Positions 1 to 10,811 of a stretch of 64,000 nucleotides of DNA are shown in pieces; position 1 is the stretch's first letter, and each line of letters begins with the position of its first letter. The notes beneath the pieces are model-generated. The model did not search any database, was not told the DNA's origin, and saw only the letters and a program-made list of their open reading frames with translations. This DNA is from Carpediemonas membranifera BICM (taxonomy: Eukaryota > Protista > Fornicata). Location of the stretch: NCBI GenBank assembly GCA_019828565.1, contig JAHDYR010000001.1:434001-498000 (forward strand), in the 5' to 3' direction. Made by a program: the position numbers and the translations under genes.

Positions 1-171
1 AACTTCCCGGCGTACGGTATTCCCGGCCAGATGCCATACCAGGGTCAGCTGATGCCCGCGCAGTACCAACCCCAGCAGTACCAACCCCAGCAGTACCCGC
101 CCCAGATGCAGCAGATGCCGTACGCCCCGCAGATGCAGTTCGTCCAGCCCCCGGCCAACTCTGCCATGTAG
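1..171 (+). CDS. 3' end of an upstream gene with a Pro/Gln/Tyr-rich low-complexity tail (partial)
   Basis: Frame 1 is open from base 1: NFPAYGIPGQMPYQGQLMPAQYQPQQYQPQQYPPQMQQMPYAPQMQFVQPPANSAM*, TAG at 169-171. Codons mostly end in G/C. Confidence 0.65.
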   Translation, partial: NFPAYGIPGQMPYQGQLMPAQYQPQQYQPQQYPPQMQQMPYAPQMQFVQPPANSAM

Positions 172-214
172 ATAAAAGCTTTTCATTGTTTACGGTATGT
201 CGAAAGAGTGTTTA

Positions 215-1750
215 TCACTGTGCAAGGGAGTTCCGTCGGGACGCCCGGCTCTGGCTCCTCTGTTCCAGGAGCGCCATGATCCGGGTGACGCGAGCGTCGA
301 CCAGGTCGCCCAGTGGGAGTCGCGCCGGGGCGAGGAACAGCTCGTTCGCCGGCAACTGGATCTCGCCCACGACGGGCCAGCCGCCCTTCTCCTCAGGCTC
401 TTCACACGGCTCGGCGGGGTCGGCTACGGGTGGCTCCTCGGTGGGCTGCGCGTCCTCGGGCTCGTCGACTTCCCCATCAGACTCGGCCACCGATCCCTCC
501 ATCTGAGACTCGAGGTCGGAGTCGGGAATCTCGGACCCGACTTCCGACTCAGTGTGGTGGACGTCCTCATCGTCCAGGGTTGGCTCACCTGTAGTCTCTT
601 CCATGTCGCCCTCTTCGGTGACCTCCTCCAGGTCAACCGGGCTCTCTCCGAAGGGTGTGAGTTCGATCGTCGCAGGGTGCCGCTGGAGATATAGGGTGCG
701 TACCGTCTGGTTATTGCCGAGCATCTCCTCGATCGATGCCAGCAGTTCGGCGGACTTAAGAGCGCCAGTCTCGGCGATATTCAAGCCGACGAGCGTGCGA
801 TTCAGCTCTCTGACAAAGCAGCCACGCACCTCATGGACGGCAGACACAGGGAACGGCAGGGCAGGGCTGTCATCACCGTCTCTCGTGTGCGTCTCTCGGC
901 TGGCGGAGCGACGCCGGGACCTAGGCCTGGGCGACTTGCTCCGCTTCTGCTTGGAGGAGGGTCGACTGGTCGGTGGGGCATCAGGCTCCATCATTCCCTT
1001 ATAAATGACAACCTCCTCGTCGAGCAACGGAGCGACATCGAGGGCCGTGACAAGATCCCGAAGGCTTTCGGGCGGAATTCGGTTTTGTGAAATGTCAAGA
1101 TACTGCAACTCACTGGTAGTCAGGGTCTTGATGAGGGGGGCCATGGCCTCTGTGCTGTCGAGCCCGGTGTGGGGCAAGTGGAGTGTCTTCAGAGGGAGGC
1201 CGGGCTCGAGCATCGAAGCGATGATGTCATGGCCATCGCAGTCGATGCGGGTGTCACTGATCGTCAGGCTTTGCAGTGAACCGAACTTGGGGACAGCGGC
1301 GACGATGGCGGCGATGCATTCGTTGTCAACGCTGTCCTCGAAGGAGAAGACCAGGTCCTCGAGATGGGTTAGGAACCCGAGCCCTTTGAGCACAGTCGTC
1401 AGAATAGGAAGGTCATTCAGCAGGCCCAAGTCGTTGAAGCGGACGCTGGTGATGGACTCGCACCGCATGCTGAGCATGAGGGCTTGTGCGTCAAATTCGT
1501 TCAAGGGATGCATCCATAGGCTGATATTCCGGACTGAATCGACGGAAATCGGAGGCTTTCCCTTCTTTTGCGCAGATTCTGGAACACATCTGGCCAATTC
1601 CGCCCGTAGAGAAGGGTGGGGCCGAATATTCATGGCGGTTGTCGCGTTAATGTAATCAACGGCGAAAGATCCGGTAGTATTAAGCTTTTCTATGAGTACA
1701 GGTTCATCTGTGGTTGTAGCCGGCGCTGGTTCCTTCGGTGCCACCGCCAT
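215..1750 (-). CDS. Leucine-rich repeat (RNI-like) protein with acidic C-terminal region
   Basis: 511-aa ORF with LxxLxLxxN/T-type repeats (LQSLTISDTRI, LKTLHLPHTGL, LQYLDISQNRI, LVGLNIAETG). Confidence 0.8.
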   Translation of the reverse strand: MAVAPKEPAPATTTDEPVLIEKLNTTGSFAVDYINATTAMNIRPHPSLRAELARCVPESAQKKGKPPISVDSVRNISLWMHPLNEFDAQALMLSMRCESITSVRFNDLGLLNDLPILTTVLKGLGFLTHLEDLVFSFEDSVDNECIAAIVAAVPKFGSLQSLTISDTRIDCDGHDIIASMLEPGLPLKTLHLPHTGLDSTEAMAPLIKTLTTSELQYLDISQNRIPPESLRDLVTALDVAPLLDEEVVIYKGMMEPDAPPTSRPSSKQKRSKSPRPRSRRRSASRETHTRDGDDSPALPFPVSAVHEVRGCFVRELNRTLVGLNIAETGALKSAELLASIEEMLGNNQTVRTLYLQRHPATIELTPFGESPVDLEEVTEEGDMEETTGEPTLDDEDVHHTESEVGSEIPDSDLESQMEGSVAESDGEVDEPEDAQPTEEPPVADPAEPCEEPEEKGGWPVVGEIQLPANELFLAPARLPLGDLVDARVTRIMALLEQRSQSRASRRNSLAQ

Positions 1751-1914
1751 GTTTGTCTTCCTTGAACGTTGTGGACAAATTTTTCTGACGATAAAATGTG
1801 GATAACTGGGCGGGGCGGTTTGTGTCTATGCTTACGCAGCCCTTATAGACCCATACCATTCTTTCAGGCGGCACCAAAAAAACGAGGTGCTCTAATCTGC
1901 ACTGCTTGAACGAA

Positions 1915-3912
1915 ATGGAGCTTGAAGAGGAGAATTGGTTCGAGTGGATTGCTAACGAGTCTGCTGATGAGCAGATGGACAATGAAGAGGAACCTATGCT
2001 CCAGAAGAAGGCTAAGAAGCAGGATAAGGTGAGAGATCGCCTTTTCGGCTCTAAGCAGGACAAGCAAAGACAGAAGGAGGCTGCTACGAAGGCATCGACC
2101 AAGGAAGAGGAAGAGCAGGATGTTGAGGTGAATGAAGATAACTTCTTTGAGGCCGAGCATCAGATTGACGAGACCAACTCATGGAGAGAGCTTGGGCTGC
2201 ACACCCTGCTTGTACGGACCCTCATGTCCGACCCCCTCAACTTCTATGAGCCCACGCCTGTCCAGGCGCGCACAATCCCTGTTGCAATGAAGGGTCGTGA
2301 TGTCTGCGTCTCTGCTGAAACCGGGTCGGGTAAGACGGCTGCGTTCGGCCTCCCCATCCTCCACAGGCTGATGGTGAGCGACAGATCCAGGCCTGCTATC
2401 CGCGCTGTCATCATTTCCCCCACACGAGAGCTCGCCGTGCAAACCGTGGACATGCTCACAGCTCTGGCCACGAAGATCGTCCCCGTCGCCCGCATATGCC
2501 TCATTGTTGGTGGCAGGAACGACCATGACAAGCAGAGAGCCGAGCTCAACACGCTCCCGGACGTCATCGTGGCCACCCCGGCCAGACTCATCGACCACGT
2601 TACCAACCAGCGCGGTGGCGCCCTTGATCTTGGCACAGTCGAGGTCCTCGTGCTCGATGAGGCCGACCGTGTGCTGAAGATCGACTTCCTCGACCAGATT
2701 CTGGAGATCACCCGTGCCCTGCCCCGTGTCCATCAGACGATGCTCTTCTCGGCCACGATGACCGAGCAGGTATCGGCCCTCATGGAGGTCATGCGGAAGC
2801 CCGTCCGTATCCGTGCTGAGTGGGACTCCCGCCTTGTCGTGGCAAAGCGGCTACAGCAGGAGTTTATCCGGATCAGAGTTGAGACGCCCCAGTACCGCCA
2901 GGCCGTCGTCCACGCCCTGCTGACCCACTCATTTGCCTCCAACACGGCCATCGTATTCCTCCCCACGAAGAAGGAGGTCCACGAGACAAAGGTCCTGCTG
3001 GAGGTCCTCGGCCACGACTGTGTAGAGCTTCAGGGCGATCTGAACCAGACGGACCGGCTCCACAACCTCAGCAAGTTCAGAGAGGGTCACACCCGTCTGA
3101 TCCTGTGCACCGACGTCGCCGCCAGAGGCCTCGACATCCCCAGCGTGGATGTCGTCATCAACTACTCCGTCCCCCAGTCGATCGAGACGTACGTCCACCG
3201 TGTCGGCCGCACTGCCAGGGCTAAGCGTACTGGACGGTCCGTCACTCTGTTCGGTGAGAGCGATCCCCGGACTGTTATTAAGAAGCTAATGGGGCTCGGC
3301 AGCAAGGACATTCCGGCCAAGCAACGGAAGATCGCCACTGACGCCATGCAGTCCTCGATTGAAGCCGTCAAGGGAGCCGCTGATGCCGTTAAGGAGGCTC
3401 TTCTGTCTGAAGAAATCGACAAGGAGATCGGCGTCGCCGATAAGATGGCGGAGAAGGCTACCCGCGTGGCTAAGAAGGGTGTAGACCTCGGCGAGTCGAA
3501 GTCGTGGTTCATGAGCAAGGCCAAGCGCCAGCAGCTTAACGAACTTCAACGCAAGATCAGAAAGGGCGACCTGACCGAAAGAGAGGCGTTCAAGCTGATG
3601 AAGGCGGGTCCCACTGCAAAGATTCCCATGACGGAGGAGGACAAGGAGAAGGCTGACACCAAGCGGGCCGTGCGGTCAGCGAAGAAGGTCGCCCGGGAGG
3701 CCAAGCTGGCCAGTCTGAATGACCCTGACCGGGAAACTCGGGGCCGCATGGTTGGAGGGACGCGGTATTCGAGCGGGGCTAAGCAGATGAAGCGAATTGG
3801 CGATATTGCAATGCCGACGGCCCAGGACATCGATCATCTGGCCAAGAAGATGGCAGGCAGAGAGAAAATCAAGCGGAAGAAGGGTCTGCGCCGTCATACC
3901 AAGCGCCATTAA
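1915..3912 (+). CDS. DDX27: DEAD-box RNA helicase, DDX27/Drs1-like (60S biogenesis)
   Basis: Motifs: Q (PTPVQ), I (AETGSGKTAAFGLPILHRL), Ia (PTRELA), II (DEAD), III (SAT), V (ARGLD), VI (HRVGRTARA). The KTAAF.LP.L.RL segment, QEFIRIR and a basic tail fit the Drs1 subfamily. First ATG at 1915. Confidence 0.85.
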   Translation: MELEEENWFEWIANESADEQMDNEEEPMLQKKAKKQDKVRDRLFGSKQDKQRQKEAATKASTKEEEEQDVEVNEDNFFEAEHQIDETNSWRELGLHTLLVRTLMSDPLNFYEPTPVQARTIPVAMKGRDVCVSAETGSGKTAAFGLPILHRLMVSDRSRPAIRAVIISPTRELAVQTVDMLTALATKIVPVARICLIVGGRNDHDKQRAELNTLPDVIVATPARLIDHVTNQRGGALDLGTVEVLVLDEADRVLKIDFLDQILEITRALPRVHQTMLFSATMTEQVSALMEVMRKPVRIRAEWDSRLVVAKRLQQEFIRIRVETPQYRQAVVHALLTHSFASNTAIVFLPTKKEVHETKVLLEVLGHDCVELQGDLNQTDRLHNLSKFREGHTRLILCTDVAARGLDIPSVDVVINYSVPQSIETYVHRVGRTARAKRTGRSVTLFGESDPRTVIKKLMGLGSKDIPAKQRKIATDAMQSSIEAVKGAADAVKEALLSEEIDKEIGVADKMAEKATRVAKKGVDLGESKSWFMSKAKRQQLNELQRKIRKGDLTEREAFKLMKAGPTAKIPMTEEDKEKADTKRAVRSAKKVAREAKLASLNDPDRETRGRMVGGTRYSSGAKQMKRIGDIAMPTAQDIDHLAKKMAGREKIKRKKGLRRHTKRH

Positions 3913-4030
3913 TAAACATGCGGATTTATATGTGCAATCATACCATGCCAGATGACCTGACACGGAAAACAACTCGATCGACTCCTGCTTCCAGGATGAT
4001 GTCACCAACGGAAGCTCGGGGACAGAGCTA

Positions 4031-4202
4031 CCAGCGCGGACAGAGTCCATGGTGGCCGGGCTCGATGTCAACGAGGAGGACGTTGCGGCCGCCGGTAGCC
4101 TCGTTGTAGTAGACGTTGCTGCGCTCGTCGGAGATAACCTCCCAGGACTTGGCACCAATCTGGTTACCGCACTGACCAGCCTGAATGTGGACGATCTCTC
4201 AT
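4031..4202 (-). pseudogene. TUBB: Beta-tubulin 5' fragment with internal deletions and a frameshift
   Basis: Translates [50 protein letters not shown], then after a frameshift TMDSVRAG. No recognisable tubulin sequence follows. Confidence 0.9.
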
Positions 4203-4617
4203 TCTCTGCGGGTGGAAACTGACAGTGATGAAAAGATGTGCATGAGAATGATGTGTTCATCGTCAATACAGAGCCATGGCGATAGAAGATGGATTTGGAT
4301 ATTCATATGCCTCTGTTCATCACTGGATAAGAACAAGCAATTGAAATGCGGTGGATGAATTCGGCCACAGTTAGGAATTCTTGGCGAGTCTCTCCTGCGC
4401 GATCCCGGGAGACACAGGCGGACGTCAGTTGCTATGTAGAGTCCAAGGAATATGTACAATGAGTCTCAAGCAGGAATGAACTGTAACTTTTCTTGAATCG
4501 TGCACGGGTGCTAGCTCATCTTGTCTTGTACACGCACTAGAGATGGTCTGAATGCTCGAATCACGGTTGAATCTGATTCAAATTCGAATCGATCGCAACG
4601 ACAAGACAACTCGGAAA

Positions 4618-5635
4618 ATGCGTGCTCTTCTACTTAACAAGATTGGAAAGCCTTATGACTACACTGTGGGCGAGATTGATACGCCTAAGCCCGGCGAGAA
4701 CGAGGTTAGGATCAAAGTCGCCGCCGCCGCGCTGAACCCTGTTGTTCGTGTCATTTGCAGCAATCATACAGGACTGGAAGCTTGCACAATATGGTGCTGA
4801 AGCTTGGACTGAGTTTCCACGTGTTCTCGGGCTTGACAGCGCCGGCGTTGTTGATGCTGTCGGCCGGCAAGTCACCACCTTTGCTGTAGGCGACCGTGTT
4901 GTCCAGCATGGAAGTCTCATCAGCCGCACAGGCGGGTTTGCCGAGTATACTCTCAGCGATACTCGTCACCTCGCACACATTCCAGACACTGTCTCCTTCG
5001 AGGAAGCTGCTGCTGCAATGTGCGCCGGGGTTACCGCCCATCAGGCCATCACGCGAAAGCTGCACGTGGCTGCGGATGATGTCGTCTTGATCCACGGGGG
5101 CGCGGGTGGAGTTGGTTCCTTTGCAATTCAGATCTGCAAGAGCATCGGCGCCACGGTAATCTCGACTTGCTCTAGCTCAAAGATGGAGATTGTGCGGTCT
5201 ATTGGCGCGGATGAGGTGATCGACTACACAAGCGAAGACGTTACAGCTCGAGTCATGGAGATCACAGCCGGGCTGGGGGCCGATCGCATTCTCAACACAC
5301 TGGACGGAGCAAGCGGTGTCGATGACCTCAAGAGACTGGCATTCAACGGCAATCTCTGCATGATCGTGGGTGAACTGCCATCATGCCCCGAGGGAACCGG
5401 TATGTTTGTCAAGGGCCAGTCGCTGGCTTACTGCTTCCTCGGCGGCGCACATGTCACTGGGCACTCGAAGAGTTTGATTGACATCGGCCGTATGTCTAAC
5501 GAGCTTTTGCATCTTATGGCTGAGGGAACAGTTAAGGCTGTTGTTGGCAAGACCATTTCCCTCGAGGAAGTTCCTGTGTGCCTTGCAGAGCTCGAAGAAG
5601 GACACGCAAAGGGAAAGACTGTCATGACGCTGTAA
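4618..5635 (+). CDS. Medium-chain dehydrogenase/reductase (NADPH:quinone oxidoreductase / zinc-binding ADH-like), 2 exons: 4618-4743 and 4772-5635
   Basis: Splicing restores the family motif AAALNPV|DWK. Also GLDSAGVV, VGDRV, the Rossmann motif HGGAGGVG, IDYTSED and GHAKGKTV. Confidence 0.9.
4744..4771 (+). other. 28-nt spliceosomal intron
   Basis: GTTCGTGTCATTTGCAGCAATCATACAG. Removing it joins two ORFs in frame at the conserved NPVDWK motif. Confidence 0.85.
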
Positions 5636-6393
5636 ATGATTGATGCTGGCCGTGTCGCTGATGAAGGCGACCATGGTGGAGCTTAACTACCGTCGGATGC
5701 GCGAGGCCTCCTGGGTCATGCAAGATACCCCTCTAAATGTCGGAGCAACAGGGCATACTTGAAGAGACGAGCGCTGGTTGCCGCGCGAGTCAAACAGCGA
5801 AATAAACAACTGTCTGGGACTTGTTACGACTAGAGAGATCCACCAGATCTGTTTCGATCAATCAAATGCAGCAGTTTATCGGGCTATAAATCAATCAAAT
5901 GGCCCCAAAAAAGGTCGTCACGGGTTGGCATCGTACTTGGCTGCGAGGTCTCCTTCCCCCGGAAGATAGGCTCTGTCCCTGTCATACAGTCATCATCATA
6001 CAGTCATCATCATACTGGACTGAGCACGGCATGTGCGAAGAAGAAGTGGTTCTTCCCGGGCCGGCTCGACTGCGTATGACCCAGTAAGAGTCAGAAGCTC
6101 CTCGGTCAGCTCGAAATGTTCGTTTTGTGCGTTTTGAGAGCTTCTGGCCTCGTTTTCGCAGTAATAGTGCTGACCTCTGAGGCACTCTTCATCACGCTTC
6201 TTCATCCTTGCATGTCTCAGCGATCACATGAGAAAACTCGTCATTCGAATGAGTGGCTGTCCTTGAGCATGCCTGGCCTGGCCGCCAGTTGGCGGGTGAC
6301 CGTTGATTCGGTGACTTGTGCCCTCTTTCCAACCATGGGGTCACCTGAAATGGGCTGAGTGAAATAAGGTACTTTATGAAAGATGCCACCCGG

Positions 6394-7379
6394 CTACTCC
6401 AATCTAGCGTACTTGACCTTGACCCGCTTCCTCATCCCGTCCTGGGCCCGGTGCTGATGGATCGCCCCAAAGACAACGACCGCAGCTATCATGCCCACGG
6501 CGGAAATGAACACAGCAACGAATGCCCCGATGAGGAGGAACCCACCGACGATGACGGCCATGCCTGGGCTGGAGCCGGCGTCGGGGCTTGAGGCAGGGTC
6601 ATAGTTGTCCATGACGACCCTGATGAAGCTGCGGCCGTCGAGACTGACGTAAACGTAGTTGTCGCCGTCCTCCTTCGCGTCAGTTCCCTCCTTCACGGCT
6701 ACATGGGCCGCCCCGGTACTGGCGCAGAGCCGGCCGAACTCGTCAAGATAGGGCGCGAGCTCCACGCCTGCAGCGAGCATGCCGATCTGCTCAGTCGAGT
6801 TGAACGTCACGTCGTGCAGCTGGGCACACACGTTCGTCGGCGACTGCTCCATCTCGGGGATCAGCTTGGCCGTGAGGATGGCTGCGTCGATCTCGTGCTG
6901 GGCAATACAGACCGCGGTGCCGTCGTCGGCCACCTCCGCGGCCGTCAACCCAGTCGGCCCGAGCAGGCTGGCGGTCATGGAGGCGGGGCAGATGGTGCTG
7001 TTGACTCTGGTCTGCATGACGACGCCCTTGAGCGACGTCCGGGCCTCGGGGATGGTGTAATCCGTCGGGACGTTGATGTTGATCGTGGCGGCAGTGCCGT
7101 CGGAGTAGGCCAGCTTCATCGGGTAAGTACCGGCCTTGACCGTCGGCTCCGTGACAACTGGGATGATCGTAGTGTTGCCGTCGGCCGTCTGCACCAGCTG
7201 GCAGGGGTTGGTCTCCTTGCCGAACGCCACCGTCGCCACAGTCTCGTTCATGACGGACGAGTCGATCACCATGCGGTCCTTGGCGTCGATCTTGGGCGCC
7301 ACGGGGACCCAGCGCACGCACGACTTGTGCGGCTGGTCGTCGTCGGGCGTGCTGGACTCGGCGGGGCAGAACTCACAGC
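6394..7379 (-). pseudogene. C-terminal part of the FG-GAP/Cys-rich surface protein (last Cys repeat, juxtamembrane domain, TM segment, cytoplasmic tail), cut off by element A
   Basis: Removing element A plus one TSD copy restores ...ISHASSCEFCPAESSTPDDDQPHKSCVRWVPVAPK... in frame. Long hydrophobic stretch (MAVIVGGFLLIGAFVAVFISAVGMIAAVVVFGAI). Tail ends KYARLE. Confidence 0.85.
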
Positions 7380-7454
7380 TGTGTCGGAACTATTTAATAA
7401 GGTAAACCTGCTTGGTGGTAATAATGGCCACAACTATTCTGGAGCCCCACGACA
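7380..7454 (-). repeat. 3' LTR of element A (75 bp)
   Basis: Exact direct repeat of 24200-24274. Confidence 0.95.
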
Positions 7455-7456
7455 CA

Positions 7457-10246
7457 CTACCTCTCCCCCGGGATAGTGGCCCACCGCAGTCTATGGTCTC
7501 GGGCGTACTGCTGCGCGAGCTCTACGTAGCGCAGGTTCAGCCAGGGCTCCCAGGTTGGGGTGGCGTAGTCCAGCCACTTGACCTGGAGGGTCTTCTTCTT
7601 GCTGTCGTGGTCGAGAATCGCTTCAACGACGTACTCCTCTTCGTCTGTCGCCTGTAACTGGCGAGCCCTATCGAGCTCTAGCTCGTGCGGAATAACCATG
7701 AGCCTGTCCTCGTGGACGACCTTGACCTGGTCGCTAATCAGCGAGGCGATCTCCACCGCCTTGTGCCTCAAGATCTTGACGACCTTATACGGGCCTAGGA
7801 GGCCGTGGAGCTTTGACTTCCGGACTGGATTAAGCAGCACCAGGTCTCCGGCTTTCAAACCCGACTCCCGGGCTGTCGGCAGTTCTGTTTCGCTGATCAG
7901 TTGGACTAGCTCACGCTGCATCCGGGTCAGGTTGTCTCTGTGCTGTTTCGCTCTGTCGGCTGGAGTGAGGAGCTCGTCGTCATTCGTCTCACTCTCCTCC
8001 CATCTCCCCCCGATCTCAACCCTGTGACCGAAGATGATCTCGTTCGGGGGTCAGTAGAGTGTCCGAGTTCGTCGTAGAGTTGAGTATGTGCTGCACGTAG
8101 GGTAGTATGTCCGACCAGCTGTCGTACTGCTGTGTCGTAAGCGTGAGCCAGCGTAGGTGTCTCGCCACCTCACCATTTCGACGCTCCACGACGCCATTCG
8201 ACTCGGGATGATAGGGTAGCGTCCTCTGGTGGTATGTGTTCAGCTGTTCGAGGAACTTCTTGACAGTGCGGTTGATGTACTCACTGCCGTTGTCTGACCT
8301 TATCGTTCGCGGGACCCCATGACGGGCTGCTGCGAGCCACAGCGCTCTAGCTGCCTCGTCTGAGTTGTTCGCTGGCGCGGGATAGAGCTCAGTATACTTC
8401 GAGAACGTGTCGGTTATCACGAAGATAAACTTGTTGCCCTCACCGTCCTGCGTGATGGGCCCGACTGTGTCGATGGCCACCGTCTGCCAGGGCTTGCCGG
8501 CCTTAGTAGACAGTCGTTGCGTAGAGACGAAGTTCTTCAGCCTCGTCTTCAGGCACTCTGGGCAGTGGCTTGTGAAGTCTGCCACGTCGGACGTACGTCC
8601 GATCCAGAATCCTATGGGTCGTAGAGCCTCGAGTGTCTTTTCGCGCCCTTCGTGTCGCCTGTGGGCGTGCAACAAGAGGGACTGTCTGAGGTCGTGGTCG
8701 TTTGGCACCCACGGCACTCCATCGTAGCGGTACAAACCGTCCGGGTCCCGGCTTGTCTTGGCTGAACTGGTCCAGTCGGCCACCTCATCTGCCGAGGTCC
8801 TCCCCTGCGCCGAGAGTATGGTCTTAGTGAAGTCCTCGACCTCACCCAGTATAGCCGAGCATGCGGTGGCCCGAGACAGCATGTCCGCCGCGCAGTTGTC
8901 CTTGCCGGGGATATGCTCTATGGCAAAGTCATAGTCCTGTAGGATGAGGGACCAACGAAGCAGCTTGGCGTTGACGTCACGCTTTCTACTGAGGAACGTC
9001 AAGTTCCTGTGGTCCGTTTGAACCAGGAAGGGCGCTCCTTTCAACTTGAAGAGGGAGCTGAAGTCTCGGCGTGTTAGACAGGCCAGAATGGCGAATAGCT
9101 CTTGCTCGTATGTGCTCCAGTTCTTTTGTGTGTCGTTGAACGAGCCAGAGAAGAATGAAACGACCTCCCAGTTGTCGCCGTGTTGTTGGAGCAGTATGCC
9201 GCCCCATCCGTCATCGCTCGCGTCCGTTTGTAGTCTCCACGGTGCGTTGAGGTCGGGATAATGTAGAGCGAGATTCTTCTTCACCTCACTCTTGAAGTCC
9301 TTGAAGGCTTGTTCTTGCTTATCTCCCCAAATCCGCTCACTGCTAGTTTGTTTCATCTGTGATATAGGCTTGAGAAGGCGCGATGAGTCTTGAACGAACT
9401 TCGAAACGTAGTTGAACGAACCGAGGAGGCGCTCCAGCTCCTTAACGGTATGTGGGCGCGGTAACTCTATAATGGACTTGATCCTGTCCTCTGAGAGCTT
9501 CATTCCCTCGCTGTTCAAGACATAGCCGACGACCTCAGTTTCTGGCGTCCCTAAACTGCACTTTGGAGCTTTGAGCCGCAGGTTGTACTCCCTACAGATC
9601 TGTAGCGTGTGTCTAACAACATCAATGAAGGAATCGCCATCTCTTGCATACAGCATGATGTCATCTAAGTATATTGCGGCCCCTTTGTGTAGAATCGGGG
9701 CGAAAGCTGTGTCCATGGCCCTCTGGAATCTCGATGGAGCATTTCGAAGGCCGAATGGGCACCGTAGAAACTCTGCATATGCGTCTGGTGTTACAAAGGC
9801 TGTCTTCGGGATGTCTTGTTCCGCCATCTTCATCTGGTAATAGCCTTGGCGCAAGTCTAAGCTGCCATAGAACTGTGCGCCCGCCGCCTCCCGCACATAG
9901 GTTCTGATGTCAGGCAACGGGTAGTGGTCAGGCTCTGTGATCTCGTTCAAAGCCTTGAAGTCGACACATAGACGTATCTTCTGCGAGCCTTTGTGCCCGC
10001 CGGTCACGACGACCACTGGGGATGAGTGGGGGCCTCTGCTGTCTCGTATGAAGCCTTGTTCTCTCAGTCGGGCTACCTCGTCTGCCACAAGGTCCCTCTT
10101 CGTGTTGCCCAGCGGGCGTGCCTTAATCTGCACCAGTTTGCTTTCAACGAGCTCGATTGTCATCGGTTCCAGTTTCGAGCCTTCTGGCGGAAGATTCTCG
10201 TCAAAAACATCTTCGTAGTCCTTGACCAGTGCTCTGAGTTTCCCTT
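7457..10246 (-). CDS. Element A pol: RT, RNase H, integrase, chromodomain (frameshift near 8020)
   Basis: LDLRQGYYQ, PFGLRNAP, YLDD, TDAS, TDHRNL, ADMLSR, H..H..C..C zinc site, DTVGP, SDNGSEY, SNGVVER. Chromodomain EYVVEAILDH...VKWLDY...TWEP. Confidence 0.92.
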
Positions 10247-10811
10247 CAGGGTCCACCAATGTTTTCAGCTAAGTGTTCTCACTTACAACAGGGGTGGATG
10301 AAGACCAACAGGCCTGTACTAGAATAGATAGAACAGTGCCCCATCGAGCTCAAAAGGAGCGACTATGGCCCCTGTCCAACGAACCAGAAGGTTACATTCA
10401 GGGTGCACCGCCGGTTATGAGTGGGAGCTCCATAGCCACAGGGACTAGAGAACGAACAATATGGAGCTTAGATTTACAGGGAAAGAGACGGAGAGCGCAG
10501 GGAAGGACGTCGGAGCATCGATGGAATGGAATTTTCGCCAGCTCAGAGGGAAGGAAGGATCACCGGCGAACAACAGCAGGGGCCCAGATAGAGGCCGCGA
10601 ACACACTACGAATGGCGTAACAACGGCCAAAATCCAGGGACGGTGTGGCATGAAAATGGCGATGCATTTTTAGAACCGCGCCATTTCGCCGCGAGCCCCA
10701 AAACAAACGATCAGGGAAAAATGAGAAAACAGGGAGGTCCGTGCGGGGACAGTACCTGCGCAGGGCCATGCTGACCGATTTTTGCGTCGATGCATTTGCC
10801 AAGCTTTTTTC

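Noticed and set aside
5640-6390. Short ORFs and a small CATACAGTCATCAT repeat between the MDR gene and the surface-protein tail
   Set aside because: No motif or coherent frame, so no call can be supported.
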